Made by a program: the position numbers and the translations under genes
Shown here: positions 1 to 13,100 of the stretch, in pieces
How positions within the stretch are numbered: position 1 is the first letter of the stretch
Layout: every line of letters begins with the position of its first letter
Assembly: GCF_036321535.1 (NCBI RefSeq)
Contig: NC_087453.1
Coordinates: 372,001 to 436,000, forward strand
Reading direction: 5' to 3'
Source: Camelus dromedarius
Lineage: Eukaryota
Length of the DNA: 64,000 nt
The notes under the pieces: model-generated
Told to the model about the DNA's origin: nothing
Seen by the model: the letters and a program-made list of their open reading frames with translations, nothing else
The model's database searches: none

Positions 1-873
1 CCCATCGTTGTTCGGCTGCTGCACTTGCTGTCGGGAACGACGCTGCTGTGACCTTGCACAGACATGCTCTCAGGGTCCTCCTGCAGGTGGACTTGCCGCA
101 GTGACTGCAGTCAGCCTTCCGACGCGCTGCCGGACTCTTCCACAGCGGCTGCGCCTCTGCACGTTCCTACCCGCCACGTAGGAGGCTCCGCCGTCTCCGC
201 ATCCTGCCCACGCTGGTTACTGGGGCTCATCGACGGTGGCAGTCTGGATGGGTGGAGGCGGGCTCGCGTGGTCTGGGTTGCATGGCCCTGGCGAGTGATG
301 GTGAGCATCACTCACTGGCCATTTGTGTCTCTGCTTTGGACAGACATCTCTTCGAGTCCTTTGCCCGTTTTGATTGGGGCATTTGTCTTTCTCTTGCCTT
401 AGTCCGGACAGAGCCTCGTACCAGACGCGTGGTTTGCACACAGTTCCTCCTGCTCCGTGCTGTTTTCTCACATTGCCGCCAGTGTCCCTCGAGGCAAATG
501 AGGCTTTAATTGTGACAAGGTCCAAGAGACCTATGCCAGTGCTTGTGCTTCTGGTGTCACATCTGAGGACCCGGGGCCCTGCTGAGGCCGTGGAGGTTTT
601 CTGGCTCTTGCTTTTAGGTCACTGACCCACCTTGAGTGCAGCCCCTCCTCTGAGGGGTGGAAACACTGTGGATACTGGAGCCGAGCCCCTTGTCCTGGAC
701 GGCAAGCCTGAGGCCTTGGCTCGGCTTCTCCACTGTCCTGGGACCTCGGCTTGTGGGACGGGGTCCGGCTTCACCACGAGCAGCTGGGCCTGGCTTCTCC
801 CAGATCTGCCCGTTTGCCGGTCGGAGAGTCTGAAGGGCCCTGCGAGTTCTCTGACGTGTGTCTCCCTCCCCAG

Positions 874-1158
874 GCGCCGACCTGACCGTCGCCGAAGCCA
901 GCAGCTCGGACAGCCGCGGGGAGAGGCCGGAGCTCTACGCGCACGTGGACGAGGGTCTTCTGGGCGGAGAAGCCGGCTACCTGGGCCCACCTCTCACCCC
1001 AGAGAAGGAGGACGCGCTGCACCAGGCCACCGCCGTGGCCAACCTGCGGGCAGCGCTCATGAGTAAGAACAGCTTGCTGTCCCTCAAGGCCGACGCGCTG
1101 GGGGAGGACGGCTCCCTGCTACTGGAGTACCTGCCCAAGGGCGCCCACTCCCTGTCCC
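874..1158 (+). CDS. ZBTB46: ZBTB46 internal coding exon
   Basis: Acceptor ctccccag at 873 and donor GTAAGT at 1159; encodes GADLTVAE...GAHSLS. Confidence 0.95.
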
Positions 1159-4100
1159 GTAAGTGCAGGCCCCGCTCGCGCTCGCGCTCGGGTTTGTCTG
1201 ATTGTTGACAGGAGGGCCGGGCTCCGTCTGGGAGGAGTGCCTGTGGGTTGGTGGGTCAAGGTTGCCTTCCAAGAGGAGGCAGCCAGTGTGGGGCTGTCGG
1301 GGCACCGGGAGGGGGACGTTTCACACTTGAAATCGAGGCCTCTAACCCTCGACCCAGTGGAGCTGAGAAGTGCCCTGGTTGTGACAGGCCTGGGATGGGA
1401 AGAGCTTGGGGACAGGGATGAGACTGGGACAGGACGGGGACGGGATGGGGCAGGCCTCACAAGTCAGGGCGGCGGGAGGGAAGGCGCGGGCGCCCTCTGC
1501 TGGCCCCCGGCCCCAGCCTTTGCCCCGACTCACTTCGCGTGGTGGGGTTGGGCAGGGTGCACGGTCGTCGTTTCCAGCAGGTAGTTCTGGATACACCTGA
1601 GTTTTTAAAAAGGATTTGGGTGCTGTATTTACACCTTAAACGTCTCCAGCTGAGTTTCAGTTGCCCGGAAGCGAATAACAGACTAACTCAGAAGCGGCTG
1701 AGCCTCCGACAGGCTGCCCAGGCCTCCTTCAGACGGGACGGGAAGGCCGTGAGCCCCTGGGTGCAGGCCTGAGAGGGGGCCTCTCCCGCTTGGCTCCAGG
1801 GCTCTGCAGACCCGCTGTTCTGGGCGCCTGGGGGAGGTGCTGACCGTGTCTGGCTGTCTGTCCAGAGAGACGCACTCTGCTGGGTTGGTGCATGTGAGGG
1901 AGCGCAGGCGTGGCCGTTTCCCTCCTCAGGGCCGGGGGACGCACCCCCGAAGCAGGGGGCTCAATGCAGAGCTTGGGGGGCCACCCCAGGGCCCTGCAGC
2001 CCCAGCGCGTGTGGCTGGTGGGGCCTGGGTGACAGTGGGGGTCCAGGCGTGGTTTCCTGGAAGGAAGCAAAGGAGAACCTGCAACCGTCTTTGGTGTCAG
2101 GGATCTGGAAAGTGTATCTTTCATTTTTACTCTAATTTTAAAAACAATATTTTCATGACTCTGTTTTCACGACCACTAAAATATCCGAAGTTTTGTGATG
2201 CAAGTTGCTTGTGGTCAATAAAGACTGGAAGTGGACAATATGTTTCCGTTCTCGTTATTCCCAAGTGCTAGCGCCAGGGCGGCTGCAGCAAGGCTGGGTC
2301 GGACTTGGCGGCCGAGTGGCTCAAGGCTGTTTGGTGTTGGACACACTTTAACAGACGTGTTTGGGCCTCACTATTTGCATCTGAGAAATGGGAATAGCGT
2401 CACTCACATGGTTGTGAATTTAAATCAAAATAGTGTTTGTAGAACAAGGAACATGTAAGCAAAATGCGTCTGATAAACTCCCTCTTGGCTCGAACGCTGC
2501 TTGTCAGCAGAAACCACTGGCTGCTGATCTGGTAAAGTCAGACCGCTGGTTCTGGGGCGTTTGCGGCTTCTGGGGTTCAGCATAGGCAAGTCCACCCAGT
2601 GGCTGTCCAGGGGAGGCACTGGCTGGACAGGCTTTGTGGATCTTGGGTGGGGAGGTTGGGGGCCTCCAGCGCCCCCCCCCCCCCCCCGCGGGCTGGGACA
2701 GGCAGAACACCTGTCTCTGCCCTCGGTTCGGGGTGAAGCTGTGTGTCAGAGGCCCCGGGAGGGCGGCACCGGCTCCTCTGTGGCTGAACCACTGTGTTGT
2801 GGGGGGTGATTTCTTGGTGCCTCTGCCGTCCCGCGTCTGGCAGCCTCTGCTTTCCAGGTGGGCCTGTGTCTGTGTGGGAACCGCGCTTTGGGTGGGGCCA
2901 AGGTCCAGCTAGCCAGAAAACACTGATTTCACCTGGTCGGGCCAGCGGTCTGACCGCGGGGCTCTGGGACGTGGCACCAAGGGGCACAGGAGAGATGGCC
3001 TCCACTCCTCTGGGTCCCCCGTCACCCAGCAGAGGCCCAGATCCCATCCTGGCACCAGGTGCAGTCACGGGAGTGGGTGGTGACCCCGTCGGGTGGTCCC
3101 CTCCGAGGGGGGTCACTGAATGCTGCGTGTCCCCTCGCTCTTGACATGGCAGTCAGGCAGCCACACCTGCCCCGGGCGTGGCCGAGGCTCTGCGCACACC
3201 TCCCTCCACAGTTTGCAGGGAGCCCAGAGCTCGTCTGCTTTCAGTACGTCTGTGACTCCAGGGGAAGCGGACTGCTGGGTTTTGGTATTTTGTTGTTTCT
3301 GATCTGTTCTAACCTCCGTGCTTTTGATCCTCTAAACCTCCCACTTCGCTGCTGTTGTTGGTAGCTGCACCCTTGCGAAAGGGTTGGGAGGTTGGCAGAG
3401 TCCTTCGCTGGTGGCTGGGAGCTGGTGCCTGGGCTGTGCCTGGTGGGTGGGGCAGAGAGGCTGCAGGCCTTGCTGGAGGAATGGGCTGTTGTGGGACACG
3501 CGCTTCTCACATCGTCAGTTAGATCTGCCTGTTCGGGGCTTACACTAAAATGAGGAGTGGAAACACCCAGAAAAAAGCCTTATTTTTCAAGATTGCGTGG
3601 TTGACCCTCCCTGTGGCAGGTGGGTCCCTGGCGGCAGGCGGGGCTGGGAGATGCCCGCGGGGAGCCAGGATGGGGCCAGCGCTCCAGGCACCTGCCGCAG
3701 ACACTTGCCCTGCAAGGCCCAGATTCCTGTGGCAGGTCCAGGGTCAGAGATGCCTTTGAGAGTGTCTGCTCCGTGTGGCTCGGTTCCCAGATGTCGGCTT
3801 CTGCGAACAGATGCGACAAACGTCAGCCCCTCAGCGTTCCCCACGTCCACCCACTGCCGGCACTGTTTCCAGACGAGTCACAGTTGTCCATTCAGTTGAA
3901 GATGTTGTTAGGGGCCTGCCTGATGTGAGCGCCCCGATGGGGGGGCCCTCCTGGGTGCTGCCCGGACGGGATGCGCGCCCCTGAGCCCCAGGCGACCAGC
4001 GGCCTGGGGAGCACAGGGGTGGTGTGTGCGCCGGGGACCTGAAAGCAGGTTCGAAGGAAGAAAAAAGCCTCAGGCCAGGTGCCACTGACGGCAGAGCAGG

Positions 4101-7100
4101 ATACTGCTGCCCGCTTCTCGCTGCCCAGGCTCCAGGAGGCAGCCCTCCCAGTGCCCTGGGAAGGAGACGGGGGCCTGTGCTGTGATGTTGGGTGACCCTC
4201 TCTCCTCACTGGGTTCAGGGGGGTTGGAGGGTGTTTCCTGACTCTGACCCCCAGGCTCCTTGAGCTGATTGTTGACAAGCTTTTTCCAGGGCCAAGCCCT
4301 TCATTTTGTAATTTTGGGGGTGCCCATTGGACCGACAGCACAACCGTGGCTCATGGTTGGAGAAGCAGATAGGGCTCGTCCCCGATGTGACGTCTGTTGG
4401 GCACAGGGTCCCCAAGGGCCTGCCTGGTCTTCTCGAGGGGGGCCTGTGATGCACCAGAATGGTCGGCCTGCAATTTTGCAGAAGAAAGAGGTGGTGGTTG
4501 CAGGTGTTTAAATTAAGTGCATCGTCGAATACACAGGCAGTGCCAAGCAGAAACCCACAGCCGGTGCTCACAGGGCCTTTCTGGAGCTTCCTGTTCTTGT
4601 GGGTCTGACAGCACGGACTTGGCAGCTAAGTTCCGCAGGCGGCTTTGTTCCTGGGCCATTGCTCTTTAACCGACTTCTCCATCAGAGGACTTTTGTACTT
4701 TTCATTTTGATTCGGCTTAACTTGATTCTTTTACTTGTATCATGTCTGCAACAGCAGGCTGGCTTCCCAGCTGCTAACAGTCACTGGTCACTGAGCAGAA
4801 ACTGACAAGCACGTGTGTGGCTCAGAGCGTGGCTGTTTCCTGAGCTGTGTTTGGGGGTGTGTGTTAATCCAGGAGAGACCTTGAAAAATGCTCTGAGAAC
4901 ACAGGTAACTTTGATTTCAGGGGAATAAACTGGAGGTGAACCAGCTCGCTCTGGTTACTGGGGTGGGGACACAGGGCGGCGCCGCCTCGTGGCCTCCCAG
5001 AAGCCCCGCACGTCCTGCACGTGTCGGCTGGGTGGTGTTGCCCGGGAGGAGCCGAGGTTCCTCCTGACTGTCTTGCTGGAAGGATGTGCGAGGCTCCCAC
5101 CAGCTCCTCGGGGCCAGAACTCAGGCCTCGGGTGGCGGCGGGTGGGGTTTGGCTGGACCGGGGGCCGCCAGCTGCGTCCTTCCGCTGTTCTCAACGGTTC
5201 TCTGCGGGCTGACCCCAACGTTCAGGAGAACAGCTGCAGCTGAGTTTTGTTTCGATTTTGGTATAAAGACTGTTTCCATACGGTGCTTGGCAATGAATCA
5301 AAGACCTTGATCCTGGAGTCTTAGACCATCTCTTGTGAAAGGGCGTCGATGGACACATTAGTGCCCTTCAGGTAAACAGCCAGGCATACACACCCTGAAG
5401 CACCTTCCAGAAGAGGCTCCCGGGAGGCGCAGCCGTGCGTGCGCCTGGCTCTCGCGTGGGTCTGACCTTCTGTGCCAGCCCGCCCTGTTGTGATCGTTTT
5501 GCTTCTGGGAGAGAGACCCCCACGCACGCAAGCCACGCACGGAGACCCTGCATTTGGGAGTGGCGAGCTGATAAAAGTACCCGGCACCCTCACCCAGCGA
5601 GACCCTGGCTGCATCGCACAGCAGCTCTGCTCACTGCAGGCCTGGCAGGGGCAGTGCTTCTGGAACTCTCTAGAGCCCAGCAGCCGGTGTCCGTTCACAT
5701 GGGTGAGACTCGTTCCCTGTGTTCCCAGGGCCTGGCGCCAGCCCGAGTCACCCTGGGGGGGTCGCTGGTCTGAGCAGAGGTGCCGCCCTCCAGCCCCTCC
5801 ACTCTCCTCCACTCAGAGCCCACGAGGCCCGCTCTGGCGCACGGCCGGACGGAGCCCAGGGGGCCGGACGGAGCCCAGGGGGCCGGCCCCGCCCCCCCTG
5901 CCCAGGTAAGACGTGAGAGCGGCCGGCTGGGCAGCCTGGACCAGACACTCGTCCACTGCATACGTCCCGGTGGGTGCCGCGTGTCCTGAGCGAGCTCGGG
6001 GGCTGTGTGGAGCCTCTGTGGTAGTTGTCCCCCCCCAGCCACACCCACCCAGCCCGGTGTCACTCATGGTGGCCCAGGCGCCCACTTCGCAGTGATAGTT
6101 GCTTCACTCTCACGGCAACACGTTACACAAAGTCAAATGGGTTTTTGTATTTAAATTAAGATATTTTTCTGAGGGATTTCCACGCTAATGAGAAGCCTCA
6201 TACGGCAGCAGGTTGAAAACCTAGTTCCTCAGACGGAGCCGTTCTGGCCGGTGTCGAAGGGGTTCTGCCGCGGTGCTGGGTCACTGCGAGTTTCTGACCA
6301 TCGCCGACTGTGGCTGCAGAGGTCCACTTGCTGCGTCTGAGGTCAGCGTGGATGGGCTTGTGGCAGAGAGGTGCTTCCCTGCGGTCTGGCAGGTGGGCCC
6401 ATCCCCACCCCGACCGTGGCTGGGGCCGTGGTCCACGTGCAGCCAGCCTGCCCCTCTGCCCCGTCCATCGTTTACTATCATGAAACGAGATCTGAGGACA
6501 GAGAAAAGTTGGGTTTTGAGAGAGGCCCAGGGTGACCCCACCCTAGCGGTGTCCCTGGCGTTTATTTAAAGGCAGTTCTGTTAGGTTTGATTGTTTCCCT
6601 GGAGAAAACAAAAATCTTCCAGGAGATTGTATTTAGAAATAGATCAAACGCACTCCTTTTGAACAGGATGGTTTTGGTGGGAGGAGCTGGAGTTCTGTTT
6701 TTTGCGTGTCTGCTCTGGAGAGTTAACTGTGAGCTTCTTTCCAGACGCGTGACTGGTCATCCTTGTGTGGCTTGGACGGGGACCCGGTGAGTAGGGGTGA
6801 TGTGTGTCTGTGCTGATGTCTTCCTGGTCCCTTTGCTCCCGACAGCCTGTAACTCGTCTGTCTCTCCTTCTAGATCGATGCCCCTCGGACCTGGAGGCCA
6901 GGGTCAAGCGACCGGCCTCCTCTGGAGTTGGCTCCAGCCAGTGCCTGGGGTTCCCAGGGGCCGGCCCTTCCAGGATGCCCGGGGTCTTTCTGGCTCACCG
7001 CGTGGCTGGTGCGCCTCTCACAGCCTGGATGGACTTGCCCAGGGCTTCGCTCTGGAGTCAGCTAAGGAGCCACGAGGAGATAGACGCCTCCGCTGTGGAC

Positions 7101-10100
7101 AGTTGTTTTGAGGCCAGACAGGCTGGAACAGGCGCTCTGCACACGGGGGCAGACATTGGCACATGCTTGTCTGCTGCGGCAGCCTGGTGTTCAGGTCCAG
7201 GTGGCCAGCAGGTGGTGGCAGAGCCAGGGGGGGCTGCAGCAGTCGAGACCGGGCATCGGCGTGAGCCGGGGCCAGCGAAAGCCTCTCAGTACCCAGCCTT
7301 GGGCAGGCGGGGCAGCTGCAGCTCCAGCCTCCAGGCGATGAGGTTTGGGGTCACCGGCATTGTGCAAGGTTGCTGACTTGTAGGGGCAGGGCAGGAGAGG
7401 AGGGGCAGGACATTGTGCCCCCGTCCCGGAGGCGAGGAACCAGACAGCTCTGACCCTGTTCCTTTCTGGAAAGATGTGGGGACGAAGCCCAGTGTCCGCG
7501 TCCTCGGCGTGTGCTGCCCTTTAGTCACCAAAGCTGGGCTTCTTCCCAGAAACGGCGCCTGTCTTCGCTACCGTCCGCCTGCACCAGACACGGCCCACGT
7601 CTGCAGGCAGCTGAGCCCCCGTGGGCTTCAGGGCCCAGGCGGAGCCATGCGGATGGGTTTGTGGGAGAGAGGTGCTTCCCTGCGGTCCAGCAAGCGGGCC
7701 CATCCCCACCCCGACCGTGGCCGGGCCGTGGTCCACATGCAGCCAGGCTGCCCCTCTGCCCCGTCCATCGTTTACTGTCATGAAACGAGTTCTGAGGATG
7801 GAGAAAAGTTGGGTTTTGAGAGAGGCTCAGGGTGACCCCACCCTAGCGGTGTCCCTGGGAGTTAAAGGACCACTGGGTGGACCATGTCCAGGGGGCCCGC
7901 TTCCTCGTGGGTTTCAGTAAGTGCCGGTTTGTGCATAAACGTCATTCCTGAGGAGAGGGAGCGCTCCTCTTCTCTTTCGCTGGTCACAACAGGATCGTTG
8001 GGCTGCTAGGGCTCAGAGAGTGCGCGTCCAGTGTGGCGGTGCAGAGCCCGGGCTGCTTCCCTGTCTCGGCTCCTTGAGGGGCTTTCCCTGGGTGGGTGGG
8101 GCACGGCTGGGGCCCACAAGGAGGCCAGCGCATGGAGAGGCCCTGCGCTGCTGTGCAGAAAGGCTATGTTAGTGTTTAAAAACAATTAAGAAATTTCAGA
8201 AAGTTTCCATCATGCCTAAAAGAAATAGATTTGTTCATCGCAGCATTATTTACAAAAGCCAAGATATGAATGGATAAAGAAAATCGTTTATATACACACA
8301 CCATTCAGGTGCAGTGGAATATCAGTCATAAAAAAGAACGACATCCTGCCACGTGTGACAAGACGGGTGCACGGCAGGCCGCGGGGCATCGTGCGCACTG
8401 AAACAAGTCAGACAGAGGACGACAAATACCACGTGATGTGACCTGTACATGAATCTGAAACACACACACACAAGCTCGTAGGTACCGCGGAGGGAGTTCG
8501 GTGATTTCCAGAGGTGGGGGAAATAAGTGAAATGTTTTGGTGTTCTTTTAGTTTAAAACAAGTTGAATTTCTTTTTAAAATAGACAGATAGATAATTGCT
8601 CCTTGAAAAAGAAAGAAAGAAGTTTGTGGTCCATGGGGAAGGGAGGTGAGAGGCGTGTCGGCCTGGACGGCCACCTGAGCTCACTCTCACATCTGATGTC
8701 ACTTCCCTGAAATGTGTCCAGTCATCCAGCGGAAGGTTCTCAGCAAGTTCATCGAGGTATTGCATTGCTCATGTTCAATCGAATTTCTCACTGAAATATT
8801 GTGGCTCAGGAATTGATTTCAAAGAGTTTTTAAAAACGCGTCCATACCTAACATTGCCCTTTCTTGAGCACAGAGGGCTGCAGTAATAAGTGGCTGGTTA
8901 TTGAGATCCGTTGACTCCCGCAAATCTTTCTCCATGTCTACAGATTCGTTTAGGCTCTTGCCGTGTTTACCATATCCTCAGCGTGTGAGTGGGTGGCCTC
9001 AGAAACTCGGGTTCCAGCCACATGTGGTCGGGCATTGTGTGTAGAAGTGAGGGTTTCTTGCCTGGGGACGCTGGCTTACTATGCAGAGCACGCTTTAAGT
9101 GTATAACAGCCCAGTCTGGACCGTTGTCAGCGCGGTGGTTGCACGTAACTCAGGTGCTGACGGAAGGGCATTAATTTATTTTAAAGAAAACGTCCTGAAA
9201 AAAAAAAAAACTGTGAATTTCCAGTTTCAACCATGACTAGCTTGTATGGGGTTTACCCTCCAGGCAAAAACTATTTCAGAAGCTGGCCCCCCAAACCCCA
9301 CACACATAGACACACATACACACACCCACACAGTACGTATATACACACACATACAGTGCATATACACGCATGCATTCATATGCACACTCACGCATGTATA
9401 CACATGCACACACCCATCCTGGCGCACAGCGGTGCAGGTGGGACTTGGAGGCTGAGCCCTTGGGAGCAGGGTGAGGACAGATCAGCTGTACATGCTCCTG
9501 GATTTTTCTCCAGCACACTCCCCAAACGCTGGTGCAGGGAACAGAGGCTGAGCAGAGGGCAGTGTGGGAAGTGTCCTTTGGGGCAGCCAGGGGGTCTGGG
9601 CCTAGGGGGAAAATCTCAAAAAGCAAGAAGCCACAGAGAAGCAGCTCCCAAGTCTGCAGACAAGCCCCTCGACTCCTGGGACGCCCACAGAGCCAGGGTC
9701 CTGCCGGAAGAAGCCCGGGGAGCAGAGATTAACGCCACCGTGCAGCACTGGGCACTGAGCGGGGTTTGAGCCCGGGCTGGCCGAGGGGCCCAGGGATGCA
9801 CCCCAGGCCTCCGGCTGAGACCCCAGAGGGGCCACTCCCAGGAGTCAAGCCGGGAGATGTCTACACCACATTCAAGGAGGTGGTGAAAGAGAGGTTAAGG
9901 GGGAGGCTTTCAAGAGAACTGGGCTGTAAGAAAGAGCCCAGTGAGCCTGCTGGGACTGAACATATCCTGTGTGAAGCTGAGGACCCACGAGGCAGTTCAG
10001 CAGCAGCCTGGGCACCGCTAGCAGAGGGCGAGCGGCTGGAAGACAGAGGGTCCAGGCTGAAGCTCAGAGAAGAAGACACACGTGGGAACAGTGGAAATGT

Positions 10101-13100
10101 CTGATACGCGTGTGACTGCAGGTCCAGAAGAGGGAAATTGGAGCAGAAGCAGCATCTGAAGAGACAGCAGCTGAGAACTGTCCACAACGATGGAAGACGT
10201 CGATCCACATGCTCAAGAAGCCCAGTGACCCCAAAGCAGGATGAAGAGCAGGACAGAGCAGCCCCAAAACCAGACCTACTGAAAACCAAAGACAAAAACA
10301 AGAATCGCAGAAGCAGCCGGAGAGAAAGGCCGTTAAGAGGAAAAGCACCGAGATCGAGGTCTGACTTGACGGCAGAAGCGCGGGAGCTGGGCCGCAGCGG
10401 GGCGCCCCCGAGGGGCTGTGGAAACGCCGGGCCCCACACCCCCCAGGAGCGTGCACAGACCAAGGCTGCGAGAAGACAGCGTCACACCAGCAAGCTGAGG
10501 GGTTCATTGCCAGCTGACAAGAAGTACTAAACGCAGCCCTCGCTGGGAAACATCTTGATTGTTCAAAGCAACATTTATGGTTCTCTGACACGAACAGGAG
10601 CGTATGCACAATGCTTGCAGCTCAGAGACGGGAGAGGTGAGCAAGCCTGGCCGTTGGACGGTTCTTGCTTCTTTACAAAGTCACAATGAATGGTAACAAA
10701 AATCATGTGCAGTTCAAAAAAGGCTTATGAGCAGAAAAATGGAGTAATACTTGATTAATTTGAAAGAAGGCAAGCAAGGAGGGTTAAAGGCCCCAAACCC
10801 ATAAAAGGACAAACAGAAAACACACAGCGAGATGGTCGCCCAGCTACAACAACAACCCCTTTGTTACAAATCTGCTGAACGTGCACGAAAAAGAAAAGAC
10901 TATCAGCTTGTTTTTCAAGGAAAATTTGTTGTTTGTAGGTAACATGCTTCATAGATAAGAACACAGAAAGGTTAAAAGGAAAAAGGTGAAGAAGAGAAAC
11001 CAAGGTGATGGGCGTAGCTCCGTGATGGGGCGCGTGCGCAGCACGACAAGGCCCAGGGTGCAGTCCCCAGCGCCTCCTTCAGGAAACAAAAAGTAACCCT
11101 AATTACCTCCCCCACCAAAAGTAAAATAAACAAGAGAAACCAAGGAAACACTAGCCTAAAAAGAGTCCCTGATGTCGCGAGGACCTCACGTGGTGAGGGT
11201 CAGTCCGGCGGGAGGCGCACCTGCTGGACGCTCGGGCTCAGAACCGCGACAGGCTCAGTGCGGCTGCAGGAGGTTTGGGCAGTTTTCAGATACTAACCCT
11301 GAATTCCTGGAATAACCCCACTGGGTCACGAGGGCTGTCCTTTCCCCGTGTGGTCGGCTCCGCTGCTGTTTTGTTCAGGAGTTTTGCGTCTCTGTTCTGG
11401 AGAAGTGTCTGCCTGTCACAACACAAGTAAACAGTTTGCACCAAACGAGCGTCGAATAGTCCAAATGCACATGAAATATTTACCAGATAGACTGAACGGG
11501 AATATAACACAGGTCTCAGCAAACCCCAAAGGATGAAATCAGAGCGTGGTCTCCGACCTCAGTGAAATTAACTTCTAAAAACCAACAGCAGTCAACGCCA
11601 GAGCAGGTCACAGTGGACACTAGAAGACTGTGAACTAGGTGATGATAGAAACACAACACGTCAAAACGCGGAGGACCCAGCTGCAGTGTGTTTAAGGGAC
11701 ATCTACAGTCCTAGTTGCACTTTCCAGAAAAGAAGGAAGGTTCCAACTGGGGGATGGTCAGGAAGTGAGGAGAAGAGTAGCAGATTAGCCCCAAGGAAGC
11801 AGGAGGAGAGAGGGAGCGAACACCAGTGAGACAGGAAGTGGACGTGCGGCAGGAAGGATGAACACCGCCGGTCGCCGGCGGCAGTGGCCGCGCTGGCAGA
11901 CGGTCAGTAGAGCCAGCTGTTGCCACGGTGACCAGCAGCCAGAGGGGGAAGTGCTGATTGTCAATAAAAGGTATGAGAAGGTGTCATTATGCTTGTCTGG
12001 CCTCAGGGAGACGGGCCGGAGCCGTGATCCGGAGTGGGAGCAGGTGGAGGAGGCTGGTCTGTATGTTATGCCCCGGGGCAGTCTATTTACCGTCTCCTGG
12101 AAGTGCCCCGGGGAGGGCAGCCCCTCCGGGGCCCCCGCTGTCTAAGCCCCAGAGTACAGACGGGAGTAAGACAGTGTTGCTCATGACCCTAAACGTAGAA
12201 GGAAAGCGTCTTCCAGAAGCTCCCTAGGTCTCTGCAGTCGTGGGGACAGGCAGACATTCCCGAGGCAGCTCCTCAGAAGCACTGACGAGAGCAGTCTGAC
12301 GAACGAGGTCATCACAGTGCTTAGTTTCTGCGCTGAGAGACGCCATTATGAGAGTGAAAGGGCCACTCACAGCCTGGAGCATCTGCAGTAAACGCATCTG
12401 TATATTCAGAAGGATGCATAGAACTGAAAAGTTCAAAGGCTCAGCAGCTCAGTCAATGATCAGAAGCTTGGACGAGCACTTCACTGAAGAGGGTGTCCAA
12501 GTGACCCAGGGCTCGGGGTCACTAGGGGCCGGGAGACACTGATGAAAGCCAGGTCTCAGCCCCTCCGCCCTCCTGCCCACGACCGGCGGGAACAGGCTCG
12601 TGCACGGCCAGTGGGAACATAAGTTGGTGCAGCCACCATGAAAAGCCTCCTTGGCTGTGTCTGCGGAGCCCAGAGAGTCCTTTCTCAGGCACACATCCAA
12701 CAGAAGTGAGAACATGGTCCCCCAAAAGACACGCAAGACAGCCGTCTGAGCCCCGCTGTGCACGTCGGCTGCAGAACAGGCACGTGGTCCTCGGGCATGT
12801 GGAAGACCCCACGGCAGCCAGCAAGCCCAGGCCGCCTCTGTGCTGAGTGAGCCACGCTGCAGCCAGCGGTCAGGACCCCAGGCCGAGCCGCAGAGCCAGC
12901 GTCTGGTGATGGAGGGCAGGGAGGCCATCGACCAGCCTCGGTGCGCAAGGGGTGCCACGTGTCCCATTCAGATGGTGGTTCCCTGGGTCTGTATGAGAGA
13001 AAAAACTCACTGAGCTGCATGCCTGAAGCTTGTGCACTTCACATAAGGCTAAAACCTCCTTAAAATAATCAGGACTCATCGTAGCTTTACTATATTCTAA

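Noticed and set aside
1-873. ORFs at the window start as further ZBTB46 exons
   Set aside because: No BTB-domain or other ZBTB46-like peptide is present, so the segment is treated as intron.
9766-10530. Two Lys/Glu/Arg-rich ORFs (112 and 130 aa) as a possible nested gene
   Set aside because: The peptides align with L1 ORF1 motifs and there is no splice or promoter support.
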